Made by a program: the position numbers and the translations under genes. Below the pieces are notes generated by a model that was given only the letters and a program-made list of their open reading frames with translations, was not told the DNA's origin and did not search any database. From Eubacteriales bacterium (GTDB lineage Bacteria; Bacillota; Clostridia; Oscillospirales; UBA644): a DNA stretch of 40,807 bases. Where the stretch lies: contig JAZRLW010000157.1 in NCBI GenBank assembly GCA_045647025.1, positions 1-40,807 on the forward strand. The letters run 5' to 3'. This document shows positions 8,340 through 15,501 of this stretch, piece after piece. Within the stretch, counting starts at the first letter, position 1. Every line of letters begins with the position of its first letter.

Positions 8340-10154
8340 ATGTGCGGCATAATAGGATACATCGGCACCGAAAACGCCACTCCCATACTTATTAGCGGAC
8401 TTAAACGGCTTGAGTACAGAGGCTACGACTCTGTGGGAATTGCATTATCCGCAAATGATGAAATAGCCACATACAAGGTAAAAGGAAGAATTTCCGCACT
8501 GGAGCAAGAAATAGCGGACAAAACGCTATGGGCCACATCAGGTATCGGACATACAAGATGGGCAACCCACGGAAGTCCCGAAAAAAAGAATGCCCATCCC
8601 CACCTCAGCAACGACGGAAAGGTTGTCGTGGTTCATAACGGAATAATAGAAAACTACGGAGAGCTGAAAAATTTTCTGACAGATAAAGGCTTCACATTCA
8701 TTTCCGATACGGACACGGAAGTAATCCCCAACCTCATAAGTTATTTTTATAAAGATGACCTGCTGTCGGCTATACTGCAAACTGCGGCATTGCTAAATGG
8801 TAGCTTCGCTTTGGGAATAATGGTACAGGATAAGCCCGACGTAATGATAGCCCTGAAGAAAGACAGCCCCCTTATAGTAGGGCTTGGCGAAGGCGAAAAC
8901 TTTATAGCATCGGATATTCCCGCCATACTTGAACACACCCGTGACGTTCTCTTCCTTGAGGACGGAGACTGTGCAATTCTAAAAAAAGATAAGGTAGAAG
9001 TATTCGACCTGCAGGGAAACAGATTACAACGTGAGATACAAAGAGTAGATTTTGATATATCCGCGGCGGAAAAAGGTGGATACGATCATTTTATGCTAAA
9101 AGAAATCTACGAGCAGCCCCTTGCCGTCCGCAACACCCTTGCGGGAAGGATACACTTGGGTACACCCATATGCATAGAAGGGCTTGACGGAAGCGAGATA
9201 AAAAATATAAACAAAATCTATATAGTTGCCTGCGGAACGGCCTACCATGCGGGACTTACGGGGAAGAAAGTAATTGAGAATCTTATAAAAATTCCTGTGG
9301 AGGTGGATATTGCCTCCGAGTTCAGATACAGGGATCCTATTATAGATTCATCCTGCCTTACGGTAGTTATAAGCCAGTCGGGAGAAACGGCCGACACTCT
9401 GGCTGCCCTTCGTCTGGCAAAGGAGCAAGGCTCAACTACCGTTGCGCTGACAAATGTAGTAGGCAGTACGGTATCAAGAGAAGCTGACAGAGTAATCTAC
9501 ACAAATGCGGGACCCGAAATAGCCGTGGCATCAACAAAGGCTTACACCACACAGTTGGCGGCATTATATATTCTTGCTCTCTTCTGGGCAGAAAAGCATA
9601 ATACCATTTCCACAAATGAAATAGATTCATACAAAAAAGAATTGACTCAAATTCCATCTCTTATGGAAAGCATACTAAACAACCACTCGGTTATACGGAA
9701 TTTTTGCAGCCGCATAAAAGATGCAACTGACGTATTCTATCTCGGCAGGGGTGGCGATACGCCTTTAGCCATGGAAGGAGCCCTCAAACTTAAGGAAATA
9801 TCCTATATTCACGCAGAGGCCTACCCAAGCGGTGAGCTTAAACACGGTCCCATAGCTCTCATTGAAAAAGACACCCCCGTTACATTCCTGTCAACCCAAA
9901 CTACTTTACAGCAAAAGACAGAATCCAACGTCAGAGAAGTTATATCAAGAGGTGCCTACACCTTCGGCATAATCAAAGATGGGTTTAAGGCCGATTTTTG
10001 TGATGATTACTACAAAATCCCCGATACAAACGACCTGTTTTCTCCCCTGCTTACAGCACTTCCAATGCAACTTATTGCCTATTATACGGCATCAATTAAA
10101 GGTATCGACCTTGACAAGCCTCGCAATCTCGCGAAGTCCGTTACTGTAGAATAA
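8340..10154 (+). CDS. glmS: Glutamine--fructose-6-phosphate aminotransferase (isomerizing)
   Basis: N-terminal nucleophile MCGIIGY, two SIS domains (SQSGETADT), and the C-terminal ..KPRNLAKSVTVE. Confidence 0.97.
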   Translation: MCGIIGYIGTENATPILISGLKRLEYRGYDSVGIALSANDEIATYKVKGRISALEQEIADKTLWATSGIGHTRWATHGSPEKKNAHPHLSNDGKVVVVHNGIIENYGELKNFLTDKGFTFISDTDTEVIPNLISYFYKDDLLSAILQTAALLNGSFALGIMVQDKPDVMIALKKDSPLIVGLGEGENFIASDIPAILEHTRDVLFLEDGDCAILKKDKVEVFDLQGNRLQREIQRVDFDISAAEKGGYDHFMLKEIYEQPLAVRNTLAGRIHLGTPICIEGLDGSEIKNINKIYIVACGTAYHAGLTGKKVIENLIKIPVEVDIASEFRYRDPIIDSSCLTVVISQSGETADTLAALRLAKEQGSTTVALTNVVGSTVSREADRVIYTNAGPEIAVASTKAYTTQLAALYILALFWAEKHNTISTNEIDSYKKELTQIPSLMESILNNHSVIRNFCSRIKDATDVFYLGRGGDTPLAMEGALKLKEISYIHAEAYPSGELKHGPIALIEKDTPVTFLSTQTTLQQKTESNVREVISRGAYTFGIIKDGFKADFCDDYYKIPDTNDLFSPLLTALPMQLIAYYTASIKGIDLDKPRNLAKSVTVE

Positions 10155-10160
10155 ATTAAA

Positions 10161-10195
10161 AGTATCCGCCCTTAAACAGGCGGATACTTCTCTTT
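10161..10195. terminator. Bidirectional terminator between convergent glmS and the DUF4037 gene
   Basis: Stem agtatccgcc (10161-10170) pairs with ggcggatact (10179-10188). It is preceded by an A-rich run and followed by a T-rich run. Confidence 0.7.
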
Positions 10196-11114
10196 ATCCC
10201 ATTATATGTTCGCCCCGAATATCGGGGTTCTTTATTTTTTTAGCTATTTCAAAGGCGTGAGCCTCAAGTGAGGTACTGTTATCCGAGATAAGTCCTTGAT
10301 TGGCCATTTCTTTGGAGATTGCGGCCGCTATATCCTCAATTATTTCGGCCTTAATACCGCCGCCATCACCCACGTTTGGCTCGGACAGAAGAAACTCCAA
10401 AGGCTCCGCCATATCAGAAAGCAAAGAAAGCTCTCTCATAGCCCTGAACATCCATTTGTAATATGGCATATATCTTCGGTTAAGAAGAAAAATCACTTCT
10501 GCCGCGTTTTGAACAAACTCAGACAGAGCTATTCCAGCCGCACCCTTTTCTCCATGGGCAAGACAGCGTGAAAAGTTATACTGTCCTGACTGGCCAGCAA
10601 AAATAGCGTGACGGCTTATTCTTTTCAATCTCACCTCTTCGGGCATTCCCGTCAGGATGGTATTTCTTATGGAAGTAAAAAGGCCGTTTCCGTCATAAAA
10701 GACTTCTCCGTTGACAGCCTCTGCAAAATATGACGAGGGGGTATACATCCAATCGTTAATAGTCTCGGGAGCACCTCTTCGCCCCGTATATTCCATATAA
10801 AAATCCCCCACCGACACAACTCCGCGATAGAAAGACCCTTCAGCGCTTTTTTTAGCAGATGAGCCGTTTTTCAGCCTTGAATAGGCTCTTTGGAGAGAAA
10901 ATCCTATCTTATCGAACACCTCATCGGTCACCCAGATAATGCAATCCTCACCGTAATCGTGGTCAACGGATATCTCATCGTCATACCCAAAGCATTCAGA
11001 CCCGTGCCCAACAAGTCCTACCGCAATATATGGCATATAATCGGAGAAATCCCTCTCCAACATGAGCTTTACCTCTTGCTCAAAAAAACGCCGGGCAATT
11101 TCAATCCCTTTCAT
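10194..11114 (-). CDS. Pol-beta-type nucleotidyltransferase / DUF4037-like protein
   Basis: N-terminal NTase signature GLVGHGSECFGYDDEISVDHDYG. I prefer ATG 11114, 7 nt after GAGGG. This start overlaps the upstream TPR gene's stop by 14 nt. Confidence 0.65.
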   Translation of the reverse strand: MKGIEIARRFFEQEVKLMLERDFSDYMPYIAVGLVGHGSECFGYDDEISVDHDYGEDCIIWVTDEVFDKIGFSLQRAYSRLKNGSSAKKSAEGSFYRGVVSVGDFYMEYTGRRGAPETINDWMYTPSSYFAEAVNGEVFYDGNGLFTSIRNTILTGMPEEVRLKRISRHAIFAGQSGQYNFSRCLAHGEKGAAGIALSEFVQNAAEVIFLLNRRYMPYYKWMFRAMRELSLLSDMAEPLEFLLSEPNVGDGGGIKAEIIEDIAAAISKEMANQGLISDNSTSLEAHAFEIAKKIKNPDIRGEHIMG

Positions 11115-11874
11115 ATATATCCCTCGACCTCTTTTCAAGTTCTTCAGCCGTTACAAAATACCCGAATCGGGAAAAAGCGGGAAAGCACTTTGAACAGATA
11201 AAAGCATAATTTCCGTCGTGTGGTAAATCTTCCGAAAGAAGGAGTGTCTCCGCCATATCCATATACTCGTAAGCTTTCACGTCAAATGGATCTGCATCGG
11301 CCAGCATCACCGCAAGATTTACATAGGATACAGCGATTTCGCCACACACTCCCTTTGATTTGAGCTTCTCCACAGCATTCAGATACAGATCCTCAGCCTC
11401 ACTTATCATACCAAGCTCCGAATACGCCGTAGCCGTATTGTTATAAAGCCCCGCAAGCAAAAACGGGTCAATATCGGGTGCGCTTTCAAAAACGTTTTTA
11501 GACTCTCCGTAAAGGGGGAGAGCCTCTTTAGCCTTACCGAATGCCTTCATTGTGGTGGCACAGTTGAGAATCACAGTAGCGCCGGAAATGGTATTGCGGA
11601 TCCCCAAGGCATCGAGAGTTGCCAGGGCGTTCTCACATGCCTCAAGCCCTTTTTCGTACTGTCCCAAACGTCTGTAAAGACCAACCTTTTCACTAAGTAC
11701 GGTGACAAGACCTCTCATATCCTCAAGCTTACGGGCCTCGCCGTCCCAATAATCAAGAACCACCTCCGCCCCTGCAAGGTCGTTGCGGGAAAAGAGAGCA
11801 TCAAGCTTTTCGGTTATTCTGCCAACGGGGATAGTTCCCAGAGCCTCATTCCCACAGCTAAAACATTCTTTCAT
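11101..11874 (-). CDS. Tetratricopeptide-repeat protein
   Basis: Tandem TPR-like helix pairs (GLYRRLGQYEKGLEACENALATL; LYNNTATAYSELGMISEAEDLYLNAVEKL). I prefer ATG 11874 to the listed GTG 11883. Confidence 0.7.
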   Translation of the reverse strand: MKECFSCGNEALGTIPVGRITEKLDALFSRNDLAGAEVVLDYWDGEARKLEDMRGLVTVLSEKVGLYRRLGQYEKGLEACENALATLDALGIRNTISGATVILNCATTMKAFGKAKEALPLYGESKNVFESAPDIDPFLLAGLYNNTATAYSELGMISEAEDLYLNAVEKLKSKGVCGEIAVSYVNLAVMLADADPFDVKAYEYMDMAETLLLSEDLPHDGNYAFICSKCFPAFSRFGYFVTAEELEKRSRDIYERD

Positions 11875-11900
11875 AAAATTCACCCACCACTAAACATAAA

Positions 11901-11936
11901 TTTCCCCACAGGCGGAAGAACCGCCCGCCGGGAAAT
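11901..11936 (-). terminator. Imperfect stem-loop terminator after the reverse rubrerythrin gene
   Basis: On the minus strand: tttccc-ggcg-ggcgg-ttctt-ccgcc-tgt-ggggaaa, followed by tttatgttt. Confidence 0.45.
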
Positions 11937-11966
11937 GGAGGTCACATTATATCTTTAAGGAGGCTT

Positions 11967-12515
11967 TTATTTGCCGAAATATCTCTCAAGAAGACCTGCG
12001 AATGCACGGCCGTGTCTTGCTTCATCCTTTGCCATCTCGTGAACAGTATCGTGGATAGCGTCAAGGTTAAGCTGCTTTGCCATCTTTGCAAGCTCAAACT
12101 TACCTTCGCAAGCACCGTTTTCGGCAGCAACTCTCAATTCAAGGTTCTTTTTGGTGGAGTTAGTAACTACTTCACCGAGAAGCTCTGCAAACTTGGAAGC
12201 GTGTTCTGCTTCTTCGAGAGCAGCCTTTTCCCAGTAAAGACCGATTTCGGGATAACCTTCTCTGAAAGCTACTCTGGACATTGCGAGGTACATACCTACT
12301 TCGCAGCATTCGCCGTTAAAGTTAGCACGGAGACCTTCAATGATTTCGGCGGGAGCATCCTTTGCAACACCTACTTCATGCTCGGAAGCCCAGGTAACGG
12401 TATCTTCTACTACTTCTACAAACTTTTCAGCGGGAGCCTTGCAGAGAGGACAAGCCTGAGGAGGATTCTCACTTACTACTACTTCGCCGCAAACTGTACA
12501 TTTCCATTTTTTCAT
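11967..12515 (-). CDS. Reverse rubrerythrin (N-terminal rubredoxin-like domain + C-terminal ferritin-like diiron domain)
   Basis: CTVCG...CPLCKAP lies at the N-terminus. A four-helix-bundle region with E..EH-type motifs follows ([15 protein letters not shown]). The domain order is reversed relative to the rubrerythrin at 26934. Confidence 0.88.
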   Translation of the reverse strand: MKKWKCTVCGEVVVSENPPQACPLCKAPAEKFVEVVEDTVTWASEHEVGVAKDAPAEIIEGLRANFNGECCEVGMYLAMSRVAFREGYPEIGLYWEKAALEEAEHASKFAELLGEVVTNSTKKNLELRVAAENGACEGKFELAKMAKQLNLDAIHDTVHEMAKDEARHGRAFAGLLERYFGK

Positions 12516-12546
12516 TTTAAATTATCTCCATTCATCAATTAAATTT

Positions 12547-13218
12547 TTATATAAAGAAATTGTCGCGCAATATAAATCTGTTTTTACGGTAATCTATCAG
12601 CCCCGCAGCCTTCATTCTCGAAAGCTCAGCCGAAAGAGCCGTTCTGTCAGCCGCCAAAATGTCGGCCATACCCTGACGGTCGTCTGGAACGTCGAATTCC
12701 TTGTCCCCTGCCCTCTGGTACATATCCGTAAGATAAGACGTTATCTTTTCCCTGAGGTTGTGTCGGGAAACGTATCTCAACCTATTAAGAAGATTAAGCT
12801 GTTCGCCGCTCATCATCGTCAGCAGATTAAACATCATCTTTTTGTGTGAATCACAATAGTTGTCACAGCCCCAGAGAATGGTGTTAGCATCTATGAGCAA
12901 CGCCTCGCACCCTTTATTCCCCGCGTGGACGGTCAGCCCATCTCTCGTGTCCGGAAGCGCAACCGCCAGCCCGAAAATTTCTCCTATACCCGCTACGGTC
13001 ACCGCATAGGAATGCCCCAGTGTATCAGTACGTCGGGTTTCAGCTCTGCCGGTTACCACTATCCCCGCCCTGCTTATAGGGTCACCGAAGGATAATATTT
13101 TTTCACCCGGCTCAAAGCTGCTGACAACAGCTCCCGTGCATCGGAGTATCTTTTCAACCTCTTCACTGCTGTGCCCACGGAACAGAGGAATGGACATTGC
13201 TTTTTCTAAAACTGTCAT
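12547..13218 (-). CDS. Crp/Fnr-family transcriptional regulator
   Basis: cNMP-binding-like beta-barrel (IPLFRG....FEPGEKI..GD) and a C-terminal HTH (RQGMADILAADRTALSAELSRMKAAGLI). Only 31 nt separate it from the downstream rubrerythrin gene. Confidence 0.88.
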   Translation of the reverse strand: MTVLEKAMSIPLFRGHSSEEVEKILRCTGAVVSSFEPGEKILSFGDPISRAGIVVTGRAETRRTDTLGHSYAVTVAGIGEIFGLAVALPDTRDGLTVHAGNKGCEALLIDANTILWGCDNYCDSHKKMMFNLLTMMSGEQLNLLNRLRYVSRHNLREKITSYLTDMYQRAGDKEFDVPDDRQGMADILAADRTALSAELSRMKAAGLIDYRKNRFILRDNFFI

Positions 13219-13260
13219 TCTTTTACCTCGTTTCGTTGTCTACACAACCTTGGTGAGGAT

Positions 13261-13289
13261 AGTATATCATACTTTTTGCAAAAATGCAA
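13261..13289 (-). promoter_or_regulatory. Promoter of the Crp/Fnr-reverse rubrerythrin operon
   Basis: Read on the minus strand: TTGCAT (13289-13284), 17-nt spacer, TGaTATACT extended -10 (TATACT = 13266-13261). Confidence 0.5.
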
Positions 13290-13303
13290 TAGGTTTTTGC
13301 AAA
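13273..13303. promoter_or_regulatory. Two TTTTTGCAAA elements 21 bp apart (candidate operator)
   Basis: TTTTTGCAAAAA (13273-13284) is a perfect 12-bp palindrome. TTTTTGCAAA recurs at 13294-13303. The first copy fills the spacer of the minus-strand promoter. Confidence 0.4.
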
Positions 13304-13357
13304 TTTCTTTGTGAATTTTTTGTGACGCACCAAGAATTGATTTATAAAAATTATCCC

Positions 13358-13386
13358 TTGCTTTTTTCTGCGCACTATGGTATAAT
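13358..13386 (+). promoter_or_regulatory. Promoter of the module A RR-kinase operon
   Basis: TTGCTT (13358-13363), 17-nt spacer, TGgTATAAT (TATAAT 13381-13386). Confidence 0.5.
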
Positions 13387-13417
13387 GGTAGCAACACAAA
13401 TTTCGAAGGATAAACAA

Positions 13418-14143
13418 ATGACCTACAAAATAGCCATATGTGATGACAGCGCAAAAGACACGCAATACGTCGCTGATATCGTCAATCGATGGGGATATGA
13501 AAATTCTGCCGCCTTGAGCATAAAAAGATTCTCCTCTGCAGAAGCCTTTCTCTTTAATTATGAAGACGAAAAGGATTTTGATATTCTATTGCTTGATATA
13601 GAAATGAACAGGATAAACGGTATCGACCTGGCAAAGCAGATAAGGGCTGTGGATAGTACCGTTCAAATCATATTCATTACAGGATATCCCGATTTTATAT
13701 CGGAGGGCTACGACGTTTCCGCCCTTCACTATCTTATGAAGCCGGTAAAAGAAGACAAACTTTTCTCGGTTCTTAACAGAGCAACCCAAAACATAAACAA
13801 AGCAGATGTTCATATACTTATCCAATCCGGCGGAGAACAGATAAAGCTCTCTGTCAAGAAAATCAAATACGTAGAAGCAGCATCTCATATGTTACGTATA
13901 TGCGCCGAAGATAAAGTCTATGAAACAAGAATGACCATAGCAGAAGCCGAGAAAAATTTAAGTGACGGATTTATACGCTGCCATAGGTCTTATCTTGTAA
14001 ATATCCGACACATATCCCAAATATCAAAGACTGACGTTATACTTGACGGAGGAGAAATGGTTCCTCTTGCAAGAAGTGCCTATAAAGACGTAAATCAAGC
14101 ATTCATCAAATACTATACGGAGTCACAAAATGAAGTTATTTGA
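13418..14143 (+). CDS. LytTR/AlgR-family response regulator (RR-A)
   Basis: Receiver domain (IAICDD, LLLDIEM..NGI, MKPV) plus a LytTR DNA-binding domain (CHRSYLVNIRHI). The true start is ATG 13418 after AAGGA. The listed 13136 extension runs through the divergent promoter region. Confidence 0.9.
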   Translation: MTYKIAICDDSAKDTQYVADIVNRWGYENSAALSIKRFSSAEAFLFNYEDEKDFDILLLDIEMNRINGIDLAKQIRAVDSTVQIIFITGYPDFISEGYDVSALHYLMKPVKEDKLFSVLNRATQNINKADVHILIQSGGEQIKLSVKKIKYVEAASHMLRICAEDKVYETRMTIAEAEKNLSDGFIRCHRSYLVNIRHISQISKTDVILDGGEMVPLARSAYKDVNQAFIKYYTESQNEVI

Positions 14144-14810
14144 CCTCATATTCGGGCGTGCCATAGACCGCCGCATAGCCGCATATCAAAATGACCTTAT
14201 AACGAAACATTGCGACGAGGTACAGAACATCTACAAGACTATGCGCGGCTGGAGACACGACTATCATAACCACATCCAAACGATGCTTGCCCTCACGGAT
14301 AAGCCCCAAGAGATGAAAGAATATCTCCTTATGCTTAACGATGACCTTACCACCGTAGACACTGTAATAAAGACGGGGAACGTAATGGTTGATGCCATAT
14401 TAAACAGTAAGCTTTCACTGATAAAAAGCAGAGATATATCCGTGAACGCAAAGGCGGTAGTCCCCCCATCTCTTGAAATCTCTCAAATAGACCTCTGCGC
14501 CATAATCGGCAATCTTCTCGATAACGCTATGGAAGCCTGTTTGAGGATAGAGGATAAAGAAAAAAGATTTATCCGTATATTCATAGGTATACTCAAAGGA
14601 CAACTGTATATCTCCGTAACAAATTCTATGGGAAACAGTATACATAAAAACGGAGCATCCTACGTATCGTCCAAGACAGATACAGAATCAGGCCTGGGAC
14701 TTATGCGCATAGATAGGCTCGCGGATAAATATCAAGGATTCGTGAACAGACAACACGAGGACGATATCTTTGCCACTGAAGTTATGCTGCCATTAAACAA
14801 CTCACGCTAA
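14130..14810 (+). CDS. Soluble GHKL histidine kinase of the AgrC/HPK10 type lacking a membrane sensor domain (HK-A)
   Basis: H-box WRHDYHNHIQTM, N-box IIGNLLDNAMEA, G-box SGLGLMRIDRLADKY. No hydrophobic segment is present. The start overlaps the RR-A stop by 14 nt. Confidence 0.85.
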   Translation: MKLFDLIFGRAIDRRIAAYQNDLITKHCDEVQNIYKTMRGWRHDYHNHIQTMLALTDKPQEMKEYLLMLNDDLTTVDTVIKTGNVMVDAILNSKLSLIKSRDISVNAKAVVPPSLEISQIDLCAIIGNLLDNAMEACLRIEDKEKRFIRIFIGILKGQLYISVTNSMGNSIHKNGASYVSSKTDTESGLGLMRIDRLADKYQGFVNRQHEDDIFATEVMLPLNNSR

Positions 14811-14816
14811 AAAACC

Positions 14817-14854
14817 AACCGTTTGCGCCAAAAACAGCACAAACGGTTATTTTC
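14817..14854 (+). terminator. Rho-independent terminator after HK-A
   Basis: Stem aaccgtttg (14817-14825) pairs with caaacggtt (14840-14848), followed by attttc. Confidence 0.6.
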
Positions 14855-14855
14855 A

Positions 14856-14864
14856 TGATATACT
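14856..14864 (+). promoter_or_regulatory. Extended -10 element for the membrane-protein/ABC operon
   Basis: TGaTATACT at 14856-14864. There is no good -35: AGCACA sits at the expected position, inside the terminator stem. Confidence 0.4.
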
Positions 14865-14901
14865 TTCATCAGAGAAATCCGATGAAGGTGTTGATGCATT
14901 T

Positions 14902-15270
14902 ATGAAATCCCCCATTAAAAACCTATACAATCGCCCCTTTTATTACGGCTGTATAGTTTGTACAATAGGCATAATAATTCTTGCAATAACTCTGTATTTT
15001 TATATAACAGACCCCTATACGAGGTTTGAAAACTCCCTTTTTCAGGGCGCAGCAGTATTCCAGGACGTTATGAATATCTTTTGGGGATACGTGGTGGCCA
15101 TATCTATTACGGTCTGCGGGCTCGCCACCTTTAACCTGTCATATCATGCCCAACGCTCCGACTACGGGAAGGTTGCTGCTGTGATAAATAAAATTTCACT
15201 TGTAATCACAGCCGCATCGGTTATTCTGGCAGTCTGGTTTACCTTACAGGTAATCTTCGCATTTAAATAA
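14902..15270 (+). CDS. Small membrane protein (about 3 TM helices), unknown family
   Basis: Three hydrophobic segments (CIVCTIGIIILAITLYFYI; IFWGYVVAISITVCGLATF; LVITAASVILAVWFTLQVIF). It is the first gene after the extended -10 element. Confidence 0.6.
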   Translation: MKSPIKNLYNRPFYYGCIVCTIGIIILAITLYFYITDPYTRFENSLFQGAAVFQDVMNIFWGYVVAISITVCGLATFNLSYHAQRSDYGKVAAVINKISLVITAASVILAVWFTLQVIFAFK

Positions 15271-15286
15271 AAAGGGGTGGAAAATT

Positions 15287-15487
15287 ATGCTGTTTTTATC
15301 ATATACAGTGGGTAAAGGCGTACTCACGGCAATGTATTTCCTTTTTACAGTTCCATTGGCAATGACTGTATTTTCGATTTTTGCAATAAAAAAACTAAAG
15401 ACTTCAGCCGACGAGCATTTCTCTGTTGAAGACATGAGAATAGAAGCCTTTAATAAAGAAAAAGAACTTGAAGAGGATGTTTATTAA
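15287..15487 (+). CDS. Small membrane protein (1-2 TM helices with an acidic C-terminal tail)
   Basis: Strong RBS (AGGGGTGG, 7 nt before the ATG). Hydrophobic N-terminal half (GVLTAMYFLFTVPLAMTVFSIFAI) and a charged tail (NKEKELEEDVY). Confidence 0.55.
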   Translation: MLFLSYTVGKGVLTAMYFLFTVPLAMTVFSIFAIKKLKTSADEHFSVEDMRIEAFNKEKELEEDVY

Positions 15488-15501
15488 GGAGTGATAAACA
15501 A

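Noticed and set aside
11884-11966. A TATAAT on the minus strand (complement of 11946-11951) upstream of the rubrerythrin terminator hairpin, considered as a leader/attenuator for the TPR gene
   Set aside because: There is no acceptable -35 element, since the position falls on the rubrerythrin stop region (GCAAAT). The hairpin is adequately explained as the rubrerythrin terminator.
13136-13417. N-terminal 94-aa extension of the RR-A ORF
   Set aside because: The extension overlaps the start of the Crp/Fnr gene and runs through the intergenic promoter region. The receiver domain begins exactly at ATG 13418 (MTYKIAICDD), which has an AAGGA RBS.
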